Assembly (NCBI RefSeq): GCF_001457595.1
Contig: NZ_LN831039.1
Location: 30,001 to 62,000 of the forward strand
Direction of reading: 5' to 3'
DNA: 32,000 nucleotides
Source of the DNA: Mycolicibacterium smegmatis
GTDB taxonomy: Bacteria; Actinomycetota; Actinomycetes; Mycobacteriales; Mycobacteriaceae
Shown: positions 1 to 12,000 of the stretch, one piece after another
Layout of the letters: each line of letters opens with the position of its first letter
Numbering within the stretch: the stretch's first letter is position 1
The notes under the pieces: model-generated
Databases searched by the model: none
What the model saw: only the letters and a program-made list of their open reading frames with translations
What the model was told of the DNA's origin: nothing
Made by a program: the position numbers and the translations under genes

Positions 1-3000
1 CTGCCCGAACCCGTCGCCGCGACCAGTGGCACCGGCCGGACACCGCGCACCGACCGCGAGGCCACCCTGCTCGAGATCGTGGCCTCGGTGCTCGGCATCG
101 ACGGCATCGGCGTGGACGACGACTTCTTCACCCTCGGCGGTGACAGCATCTCATCGATCTCGGTGTGCGGACGCGCCCGCAAGGCCGGGCTCAACATCAC
201 GCCGCGAGACGTGTTCCGGCGCCGCACCATTGCCGCGCTCGCGGCAAGTGCCGACACCACGCAGACCCCGGAGTCCGGTCCCGACACCGGGACCGGGGCC
301 ATCACCGCGACCCCCATGCTCGCCGAGACCGCACAGGCGAACACGCCGCTGACCAACTTCTACCAGGCCATGGTGCTGGCCACGCCGGCCGGGATCACCG
401 CGCACGAGGTGCAACGCGTGCTGCAGACCGTGGTCGACGCCCACGCGATGCTGCGTGCGCGCCTGGTGACCACCGCGACGGGCTGGACCCTGACCGTTCC
501 CGATCAGACCGCGGCGATCGGGCTCACCGTCCGGTCGGGTGCGCTGACCAGCGACTGTGTCGAGGCCGAGAAAGCCGCGGCGGCAGCCGAACTCGACCCT
601 CGGGCGGGCAACATGGTACGCGCGGTGTGGTTCGACGCCCCGGAGGCGAGCGGGCAACTGCTGCTCGTGATCCACCACCTGGTGATCGACGGCGTGTCGT
701 GGCGCATCCTGTCCGAGGATCTTTCGCGCGCGTGGAACGACCTGGCCGCAGGACGCGACGTGGCGGCCGACGCCGTGCCGACGTCGTTTCACACGTGGGC
801 GAACGCACTGGCACAGCGCACATTCGACGACGAGCGCGAGTACTGGGCCGATGTGCTGGCCACGCCGGATCCGGATCTGGGCAGCCGCCCGCCGGATCCG
901 GCGATCGACACCGCGGACACCGTGCGCAGTCACGAGGTCACCCTGCCGTCCGATGTCACCGCGGCCCTGCTGACCTCGGTGCCCGCCGCGATGCACGGCG
1001 GTGTCAACGACGTGCTGCTCACCGGACTGGCGGTGGCGCTGGGACAGTGGCGTGCCGACCGGGGCCACTCACAGAACACCGCCACCGTGATCAGCCTGGA
1101 GCGCCACGGCCGCGAATCCGACCTGGTGGCAGCCGATCTGGACCTTTCACGAACCGTCGGCTGGTTCACCTCCATCTATCCGGTGCGCATCGACCCGGGC
1201 CCCCTCGAATGGGACACAGTGCGGTCGGCAGGCGCGGAACTCGCCGCAGCGGCCAAGGCCGTCAAAGAACAACTGCGCGCGGTACCCAACCGCGGGCTCG
1301 GCTACGGCGTCCTGCGTCACCTCCACGGCGCGCTGGACGGCACCCCGCCGCAGATCCTGTTCAACTACCTCGGCCGCTTCACCGGCGGCAGCGGCAACGA
1401 CTGGCGACCGGTCGCGGGAATCGGCGCGCTCACCGAGGGCGTGGATCCGAGCAACCCGGCCATGCCACTCGAGATCAACGCCCTGGCCGAGGAGCGGCCC
1501 GACGGCACGGTGCTCAGCATGACGCTGGCCTGGCCCGGTGGGCTGCTCGACGCCGACGACGTCGCCGAACTCGGCTCGATGTGGGCCGATGTGCTTGTCG
1601 CGCTGACCCGTTGTGATGCCCTGCGGGGCCACACCCCGTCGGACTTCGGCCTGGTGACCGTCAGCCAGGACGACATCGACGGCTGGGATCGACTCGGCGA
1701 GGTCGAGGAGGTGCTGCCCCTGCTGCCGCTGCAGGAGGGTATGTACTTCCACAGCATGTTCGGGGATCCTGCGACCGACACCTACCGCGTGCAGCAGATC
1801 GCCCAACTGTCCGGCCCGGTGGATCCCGAGGTGCTGCGTACCAGTCTCACCGTCGTGATGCGCCGCCACCAGGCGTTGCGTGCGAGCTTTAACGAACTCA
1901 CCGACGGCCGGGTGGCGCAGGTGATCTGGTCCGACGTCCCGGTTCAGCTCACCGTGGTCGACACGGATGATCTGGAAAGCATTGCCGCAGAGGAGCTCGC
2001 GCGGCCGTTCAACCTGGCCGAGGCGCCGCTGGTGCGCTACACGCTGGTGCGTCTGGGCGACGACGACCACCGGCTGGTTCAGACGATGCACCACATCATC
2101 GCCGACGGCTGGTCCTACCCGGTGCTGTTCGGCGACATCGTCGACCACTACAACGCCGCGATCGGCGTGGGGTCCGCACCGCAGTCGATCACGGTGACGC
2201 TTCGCGACCACATCGAGACCGTCACCGACCGCGACCGGGGCGCGGCACGGCAGGCATGGGAGCAGGCCTTGGCCGGCGCCGAACCGACCGCTCTTGTGCC
2301 GCGGCCCGACGGCGCCCCGGTCGGTGAACACCGCAGCGTCGTGCGGAGACTCGATTCCGCTCGCACCGCGGCCGTGGGGCGGGCCGCGCGCGTGCACGGC
2401 GTCACGGTCGGCACCGTTCTGCACGGTGCGTGGGGCCTGATGCTCGGCAGGCTGCTGGGCCGCAATCGCGTGGTGTTCGGGTCCACGGTGTCGGGCCGCG
2501 GGGGCGACCTCGCGGGCACCGAATCGATTGTGGGCCTGCTCATCAACACCATCCCGGTGCCGATGTCGTGGGAGCCGCACGCGACCCTCGCATCCGCGCT
2601 GATTGACCTGCAGGACCAGCAGAGCGCCCTGCTCGACGCCCAGCAAATGGGCCTCGCCGAGCTCGCGCGTCTGGCCGGGGTCCGCGAATTCTTCGACACC
2701 ATGGTCATCGTCGAGAATTTCCCCTCGACGTCGTCCGCGGAACACACCGACCCGCGGGCCGTGGCGTTCCGCGGATTCACGGGAACCGACTCACCGCACT
2801 ATCCGGTGTCGTTCGTCGCCTACGCCGACGACCAGCTCACCGTCGAGATCAAGTACGACGCCGGCGTCGTCACACCGGAACAGGCGGAGCGGTACGCCGA
2901 ACGTGTCGAACGCATCCTCACCGCGTTCGCCGAGACTCCCGATCTGCCGGTCAGCCGAATCGACCTGCGCACCAACGCCGAACGGCAGTTCACGGCCGGC

Positions 3001-6000
3001 CACGCGAGCCGCCCCGGCCCGGGCCGCACGCTGGGCGCGTCCTTCGCCGAGGTCGCCGCGACGTACCCGGACGCGGTCGCCGTGAGCTGCGGCGACACCC
3101 GGCTCACCTACCGCGAACTCGATGACCGCGCCGCCGCGGTCGCGGCCACCCTCGCCGAACGCGGCGTCGGCGCCGAATCCCGCGTCGCGATTGCCCTGCC
3201 GAGGTCGGCGGACCTGATCGTCGCCGTGCTGGCCGTGATCAAGGCAGGCGGTACGTATGTGCCGATCGACATCGGTGCGCCGGCGGCCAGGGTGCAGCAC
3301 ATCCTGGCCGACTCGGCCCCGGTGTGCCTGCTCACCGACACCGCCGAACGGTTCACCGGTGTGCCGCACGTGATCCTGGCCGAGGCCGCGCAGAACCCGG
3401 CACGTCCGCAGGCACCCACGGTTTCCCCCGATCACGCGGCCTACGTGATCTACACGTCGGGATCCACCGGCGTGCCCAAAGGCGTCGAGGTCACCCACCG
3501 CAACGTCGCTGCGCTGTTCGCAGGCACCACGTCCGGACTGTACGACTTCGGCCCCGACGACGTGTGGACCATGTTCCACTCCGCGGCGTTCGACTTCTCG
3601 GTGTGGGAACTGTGGGGACCGCTCCTGCACGGCGGTCGCCTGGTGGTCGTCGAACACGACGTGGCGCGGGATCCGGAACGCTTCGTCGACCTGCTTGCAC
3701 GCGAGCGCGTCACGGTGCTCAACCAGACCCCTTCGGCGTTCTATCCACTGCTCGAAGCCGACGCGCGCCTGCGCCGCCAACTCGCCCTGCGGTATGTGAT
3801 CTTCGGTGGGGAGGCGCTGGACGTGCGCCGCCTCGCACCGTGGTACGCCAACCACGAATCACACTCGCCCCGGCTGGTCAACATGTACGGCATCACCGAG
3901 ACGTGCGTCCATGTGTCCCACCGTGCGCTCGACACAGCCGACACGGGCGCCGCGGGCAGCGTGATCGGCGGGCCGCTTCCTGGCCTGCGGATCCACTTGC
4001 TGGACAACAACCTTCAGCCGGTCCCCGCCGGGGTGGTCGGCGAGATGTACATCGCAGGCGGGCAGGTGGCGCGCGGCTACACGGGCCGACCAGGTCTGAC
4101 CGCCACCCGCTTCGTCGCCAACCCGTTCGACGGCGCCGGTGAGCGGCTCTACCGCAGCGGCGATCTCGCCATGTGGACCGACGCAGGCGAACTGGTCTAC
4201 CTGGGCCGCTCCGACGCGCAGGTCAAGGTGCGCGGATATCGCATCGAACTCGGTGAGGTCGAGGCCGCGCTGGTCACCCTGCCCGGCGTCACCAACGCCG
4301 CGGCCGACGTTCGCCACGACGACACCGGCCGCGCTCGCCTCATCGGGTACGTCGTGGGCGATGCTCTGGACATCGGCGCGCTGCGAAGCACACTCGCCGA
4401 ACGACTCCCCGACTACATGGTGCCCTCGGTGCTGCTGAGGCTCGACGTCCTGCCGCTGACCGTCAACGGAAAACTCGACCGCGCCGCGCTGCCCGATCCC
4501 GAACCCGTCGAGCAGGCGCCCGCGCCCGTTGCCGGCACCGGCACCGCGTCCCTGCTCGCGGGTCTGTGCACCGAGATCCTCGGCACCACAGTCGGTGTGG
4601 AGGATGACTTCTTCACCGCGGGCGGCGACAGCATCATCGCGATCCAACTCGTGAACCGCGCGCGGCGCGAGGGTGTGCGGATCACACCTCAACAGGTGTT
4701 CGTCCACCGCACCCCCGCGGCGCTGGCGTCGGTGCTCGACACCGGAAGCGTCGCCGCCCCCGACGCCACCCCCGACGAGGATGCCGGACCCGACCTCGGC
4801 GAGGTGATGCTGACACCGATCGTGCAGCGCCTCGCCGAACTCGGCGGCACGGTCACCCGGTTCAACCAATCCGAACTGCTGCGCACCCCGGCCGGTGCCA
4901 CCGTCGCCCGGCTCGAGACCGCGATCAACGCCGTCATCGCACGCCACGACGCTTTGCGGATCCGGCTGCACCGGCCCGCGCCCATGCTGTGGTCCCTCGA
5001 AACCACCGCCGCGGCACCGGTTTCGATCACGCGGATAGACGCGCACGGGTTCGACGACGAGCAACTGCGCACCGTGATCGCCACAGAATCCGACGCCGCG
5101 GCCGATCGACTGGACCCCGAGAACGGCGTCGTCGTGGTCGCCGTCTGGTTCGACCGCGGCACCGACACGCAGGGACGTCTGCTGCTCGTGGTGCACCACC
5201 TCGCGGTCGACGGCGTGTCATGGCGCATCCTTCTGGACGACCTCGCCGAGGCCTACCGCCAGGCGCTCTCCGGTCAACGCGTCGCGCCGGCGCCGGTGAC
5301 CACGTCGCTGCGGCAGTATGCCCGCACCGTCAACGAGAACGCGCAGCACTCGTCGCGTCTCACGGAATTCGAGCACTGGACCGAGGTGCTGGCACCGGGC
5401 GGTGAACTCGTCGCGACGGCCGACGTCGTCACCCTCACGGTCGGGGCGACCCGCGACCACGAGATCCGGCTGAGCACCGAGGACACCGCGCCGCTGCTCA
5501 CGACGGTTCCGGCCGCGGCCAACGCCGATGTCACCGAGACCCTCGTCGCGGCACTGCATCTGGCGGTCAGCCGTTGGCGAGCGGCCCGTGGCGAGGCAGC
5601 CGACGCGCCGCTGGTGCTATCCCTGGAGCGCCACGGCCGCGACGGATGGCCCGACGACGTGGACCTGTCACGCACCGTCGGCTGGTTCACGTCGATCGCG
5701 CCGGTGCGCCTCCCCGCACCGGGCGAGGATCTTCTGAACACGCTCAAGGCGGTCAAGGAGAGCCTGCGCGCGGCACCTGACGGTGGACTCGGTTTCGGCC
5801 AGCTGCGGTACTGCAACCCACGCACGTCCGCGGTGCTCGCGCGACTGGGCACGCCGCAACTGCTGTTCAACTACCTCGGGCGGTGGGCCGCCGACGCCTG
5901 CGACGACTGGGCCTCGGCGCCCGAGGTCGATGCCCTGCGCACCGAGCCCAACCCCGACCTCGGCACGCCGTATCTGGTGGAGGTCAACGCGATCTGTGAC

Positions 6001-9000
6001 GACACCGTCGACGGTCCGCGACTGCGGGCCACGTTGACCTACGCCGACGGTGAACTGGACGAGCCCTCGGTCGCCGAACTGGGCGAGCTGTGGGTCGCGG
6101 CGCTGCGTGAACTCGGCAGCCTCGCCACAGGTGGTGATGCGGCGCTGACACCGTCGGACCTGCCCTTGGTGACGCTCACGCAGGAACACATCGACCGGGT
6201 CACCGGCGCGGTGCCCGGAAACGTCGAGACTATCTGGCCGCTGTCGCCGCTGCAGGAAGGTGTCTATCTGCAGGCCCGGTACGCCACGGCCGCGGTGTAC
6301 ATCGTGCAGAACGTCTTCGACTTCGCCGAACCCGTCGACACCACGGCGTTGCGGACGGCCTACTCGGCGGTGATGGCCCGAAATCCCGTGCTGCGTTCGG
6401 CATTCTGGGCCGATGACCTGCCCCAGCCGGTCGCCGCCATCGTCGCCGACCCCGTGTGTGAGCCGCGCGTCGTCGATCTCGGCGGGCTACCCGCCACCCA
6501 GGTCGAGCGACGGGTCGAGGAGATCACCGCAGACGATCGCCAGCAGACCTTCGACCTGGCCGCGGCGCCGCTCGCACGGATGACGGTGCTGCGTACCCCC
6601 GACCGCGACCGGTTGATCTTCAGCTACCACTTCCTGCTGCTCGACGGCTGGTCGCGCGAACAACTGCTGCGCGAGTTGTTCGCCGAGTACACCGCCGCAC
6701 GGGGCGGGGCGGTCGCCCAACTGCCCGCGCCGACCGCCGATTTCACCGACTACCTGCGGTGGCTGGCCCGGCAGGACCGCGACGTGTCGGCACGCGAATG
6801 GTCCGAGGCGTTGCGCGATCTCGAGGCACCGACGCTTCTGGTACCCGACGCCGTGGGCACCGACCCGACGCTCGCGCTGCGCCTGGAGTTCCTGCTCAGC
6901 GAGGCCGACACCGCGGCACTGACCGCGGCGGCGCGATCGGCCGGCGTCACGCTCAACGCGCTGATCAGCACCGCGCTGGCCATGGTGCTCGCCTACGAAA
7001 CCGGCAGGGACGACGTGGTTTTCGGTTCCACAGTGGCCGGCCGGCCCACCGACCTCGACGGTATCGACTCGGTGATCGGGCTGTTCCTCAACACCGTGCC
7101 CACCCGGGTCCGCCTCGCACCGCACCGCACCGTGGCCGACACCATGCGGGCCGTGCAGTCCGACCGGCTGCGACTCATGGACCACGAGTACCTGGGGCTC
7201 GGCGACATCCAGCGGGCCGTGTCGACCGGCGGCGGACCTCTGTTCGACAGCCTGTACGTGCTGCAGAACTTCCTCGACGACGACACGTTCACCGACATGG
7301 AGGCCCAGTACGGCATCGTCGGCCACGATTCGATCGACGCGTCGCACTATCCACTCACGTGGGTCGCGTCCCCCGGCCGGCGCCTGTGGATGAAACTCGA
7401 ATACCGGCCCGACGTCGTCGAACGTGACCGTGCCCAGGGATTGCTGGACCGGCTGCGGCAGGTACTGCTCCAGGTCGGCACCGGGGTCGAACGGCCCTCG
7501 GCCGCGCTGACCCTCCCGCTGCCCGCCGAAGCCGACCACAAGCGCACGCGCGACGCGGCCACCGAGCACGATCTACCGCACGCCTCGGTGCTGGACCTGC
7601 TCGCCGAGCGGGCCGTGCAGTCCGGCGACCTCACGGCCCTGGTGTGTGGCGGCGAATTTGTCGACTACGCCGAGCTTCTCGCACGGGTCAACCGGCTGGC
7701 GTGGGTGTTGCGCAGCCGCGGAATCGGGCCAGAAGACACTGTCGCACTCGCTGTTCCACGCTCGATCGATGCCGTGGTGGCGTTGTTCGCGGTGTTGCGG
7801 GCCGGCGCGGCGTACCTGCCGCTGGAGCTGGACTACCCGGACGAGCGCCTCGCAGTCATGCTCGGCGACGCCGAACCGGTGCGCGTGCTGGTCACCGGGG
7901 CCACCGCACAACGGATCGCACGGGTGGCGTCGGCACCCCTGACGGTCCTCGACGCACCCGACACATGTGACGAACTGGCGCGCGCCCGGTCGGACTGGGA
8001 CGGCTACTCCCCGCACCCCGACCAACCCGCCTACGTCATCTACACCTCCGGGTCGACCGGAAAGCCCAAAGGCGTTGTCACGCCGCACCGCGGGCTGACC
8101 AACATGCACCTCAACCACCGCGAGGCGATCTTCGCGCCCACGATCGCCCGGGCCCACGGACGCCGCCTCAAGATCGCCCACACCGTCTCGTTCTCGTTCG
8201 ACATGTCGTGGGAAGAACTGTTGTGGCTCATCGAGGGTCACGAGGTGCACATCTGCGACGAGGTGCTGCGCCGCGACGCCACCTCGCTGGTGCGGTACTG
8301 CCACGACCACCGCATCGACGTCATCAACGTCACGCCCACCTACGCCGCGCTGCTGTTCGAGGAGGGCCTGCTCGAGCAGGCCGGCCACCCGCCCGTGCTG
8401 GTGCTGCTCGGTGGTGAGGCCGTGTCGACAACCGTGTGGAACCGTCTGCGCGACAGCGAACGCTGGTACGGCTACAACCTGTACGGTCCGACCGAGTACA
8501 CCATCAACACCCTCGGCGGCGGCACCGACGACAGCGCCACACCCACCGTCGGAACGCCGATCTGGAACACCAGAGCCCACATCCTCGACAACTGGCTGCG
8601 GCCGGTTCCCGACGGCGTGCCCGGTGAGCTCTACATCGCCGGCGCGGGCCTGGCCCGCGGATACCTGGGGCAACCAGGGCTCACCGCAAGCCGATTCGTC
8701 GCCAACCCGTTCGAGCCCGGCCGCATGTACCGCACGGGCGACCTGGTGGTGCGCCGCGCGGACGACAACATCGACTTCCTCGGCCGCACCGACGACCAGG
8801 TCAAGATCCGCGGCTACCGCGTCGAACTCGGCGACATCGAGGCCGCGCTGGTGTCCCACCCCGGCGTCTCACAGGCCGCGGTGATCGCGCGCCCGGACAC
8901 CGCGGGTTCGTCACGGCTCGTGGCCTATGTCGTCCCGACGACCGAGAACCCTGATGTGCTCGACGATCTGCGCATGCATCTCACCGCCACCCTCCCGGCG

Positions 9001-12000
9001 TACATGGTGCCCACCGCGATGGCCACGCTCACCGAGATCCCGCTGACCGACAACGGGAAACTCGACACTCGTGCGCTGCCCGACGTCGCACCCATCGGCC
9101 GCCACGGCGCGGGCCGGGCACCGCAGGGTGCGGTCGAGGTGACATTGTGCACGGTGTTCGCCGAGGTCCTCGGACTCGACGGGCCCGACGGGCTGAGCGT
9201 CGACGACGACTTCTTCGACCTCGGCGGACACTCCCTGCTCACCATCCGGCTCATCAGCCGGATCCGTTCCGAGCTCGGTGCCGAGCTGACCCTCGGCGAC
9301 GTGTTCAACTCGAGGACCGTCGCAGCACTCGCCCGGCACGTCACGGCAGACGAAGGCGACAACCGACGCCCCCGACTCGTGGCCGGTCCGCGGCCACAAC
9401 ACATCCCGGCCTCACCCGCACAGCGGCGCATGCTGATGCTCGATCGTCTCGGCGAGACCGGGTCGGCGTACAACTATCCGCTCGTGTTCCGCGTGCGCGG
9501 TGCGCTGGACGTCGACGCGCTGCGTGACGCGCTGACCGCTGTCGTCGACCGGCACGAGGCCCTGCGCACGGTGTTCGACGACCGCGACGGCGTGTACCAC
9601 CAACGGATCCTGCCGCGAGGCACGCAACCCCCGCTGCACGTGAGCGACTGCCCCGAGCACGAACTCGCCACACGGGCCGACGCCCTCGTCGAACACCGCT
9701 TCGACCTCACGGGCGAAATCCCGTTACGGGTGGATGTTCTGCGCAGCGGACCCGAGGACCACACCGTCGTCATGCTGCTGCACCACATCGCGATCGACGA
9801 ATGGTCAGACGCGGTGTTCCTGGCCGATCTCGACGCGGCCTACGCGGCACACCGCGCAGGCACGGCTGCACCGCTACCCGAACCGGTTGTGCAGTACGCC
9901 GATCACACCCTGTGGCAGCGCGACGTGCTCGCCCAACTCGGTGACCGGCAGCGTGAGTTCTGGCGTACCGCACTGGCCGGGGCGCCCGACGAGTTGGCGT
10001 TGCCCGCCGACCGGCCTCGGCCCGCGCGGCCCACCGGTGCGGGTGGCACCCTCGACGTCGAGATCACGGCCGAAACCGCCTCCGCGCTGCGAAGATTGGC
10101 CGCCGACAAGCAGGTCAGCATGCTCATGGTGCTGCACGCGGCTGTCGCGGTGCTGATCCATCGGCTCGGTGCGGGTGACGACATCGTGGTCGGCACGCCG
10201 GTGGCCGGCCGCGATGACGCCGCGCTCGACGACGTGGTCGGACTGTTCGTCAACACCGTGGTGTTGCGGGCCGACCTCGCGGGCAACCCGACGTTCACCG
10301 AGCTGCTCGACCGCGTCCGGACGGCCGATCTGGCGGCGTTCGCGCACCAGGATCTGCCGTTCGACCACCTCGTGGAGGAACTCAATCCCCCACGCGTGGC
10401 GGGGCGCAACCCGCTTTTCAACCTGTTCGTCGGCTACCACCTGCGCTCCGGGACGGACTCCGACATGTTCGGCCTGCCCACCGAGTGGACCGAACCCGCG
10501 GTGTCCGCGGCGATGTTCGATCTCGGCTTCACCCTGGTCGACCACGGCGGCGACGAATCCGCGAGCATCACGGCCGAATACGCGGCCGACCTGTTCGACG
10601 CGTCGACAGTGCACACGCTCGCCCGCCGCCTCGTGGCGCTGCTGGACCATGTGGTGGCCGATGCCGAGACGCGCATCGGTGCCCTCGACCTGCTCGCACC
10701 CGGTGAGCACGACACGCTCGTCGTCGAACACAACGCCACCGAGCATCCGCTCGAGCCGATCACACTGGGTGCCCTGGTGTCCCGGCAGGCCACGAGCACG
10801 CCGCACGCCACCGCGCTGCGTTACGAGGAGTCTGAGCTCAGCTACCGCGACCTCGACGGCTGGTCGGATCGGCTGGCGGCTCATCTGTCCGCGCGAGGCG
10901 CGGCACCGGGCACCGTGGTGGGGGTGTCGCTGCCCCGGTCGGTCGAACTCGTCGTCGCACTGGTGGCCGTGGCGAAATCCGGCGCGGCATTCCTGCCGCT
11001 GGATCCCGAGTATCCGCGAGAGCGGCTCGAGTACATGGTGTCCGACGCCCGACCGATCACGGTGCTCGACGATCCAGATGCCGTGCGGCGCAGCCGCGGT
11101 GAACCGGACGGCGAGCTGCCGCGCATCGACCCGGCGGCCTGGGCGTATGTGCTCTACACGTCGGGTTCGACGGGCCGGCCCAAAGGCGTCGCAGTTGCCC
11201 ATGCCGGCATCGTCAACCGGATCGCGTGCTTGCAGCACGCCTACCCGCTGGGTACGGACGACCGCATGCTGGTCAAGACGCCGATCAGCTTCGACACCTC
11301 GGTGTGGGAGGTGTTCTGGCCGCTGAGTGTCGGCGCGACACTCGTCGTCGCACGCCCCGGTGGTCATCGCGAACCCGCGTACCTGGCGGCCATGATCGCC
11401 GAACAGTGCGTCACCGCAGTCGATTTCGTACCGTCGATGCTCGAGGTGTTCCTGGACGAGGTCGCCGGCACGTGCGCGTCCCTGACCCGGGTGACCGTCG
11501 GCGGCGAGGCGCTGACGACCGAACTCGCGGCGCGGTTCGCCGAGGCGTTCCCCGGCGTGCCGCTGCACAACCTGTACGGGCCCACCGAGGCGGCCGTGGA
11601 CGTCCTGGGCTGGACCGCCGACGGCGGACCGGTCGCGTTGGGTGTGCCGGGGTGGAACGTGCGGGCGTACGTGCTCGACGACTACCTGAACCCGGTGCCG
11701 GCCGGGGCGCCCGGCGAGTTGTACCTCGCCGGAATCCAACTGGCCGACGGATATCTGCACCGCGGTGCGCTCACCGCGGCACGGTTCGTCGCATCCCCGT
11801 TCGATCAGGGTGCGCGGATGTACCGCACGGGCGACGTGGTGCGGTGGCGCGCCGACGGGCAGCTGGAGTACCTCGGCCGCTCCGATGATCAGATCAAGCT
11901 GCGCGGGGTCCGGATCGAGCCGGGCGAGATCGAGACCGTCCTGGCAACCCATCCGGCCGTGTCCTCGGTGCGGGTGATCGCCCGTGGCGGACGGCTCATG

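Noticed and set aside
1141-5700. Near-identical stretches between the two T-E didomains (for example around 1141-1176 versus 5662-5697) as a dispersed DNA repeat or mobile sequence
   Set aside because: The similarity follows NRPS domain homology ([13 protein letters not shown] and similar motifs) and is explained by module duplication within one gene.
9874-11952. 692-aa minus-strand ORF. Similar long antisense ORFs: 1147-2745, 2791-3855, 3859-5199, 6487-7569, 7573-8859 (-); 13163-14680, 19684-21156, 21939-23279, 23311-24459, 25236-26444, 28020-29063 (+).
   Set aside because: All lie entirely opposite strongly supported genes (NRPS, binding protein, pknB, pknA, pbpA, rodA/pstP, fhaA). Their translations are Arg/Gly/Pro/His-rich low-complexity strings with no recognisable motifs, the usual stop-poor shadow frames of a high-GC genome.
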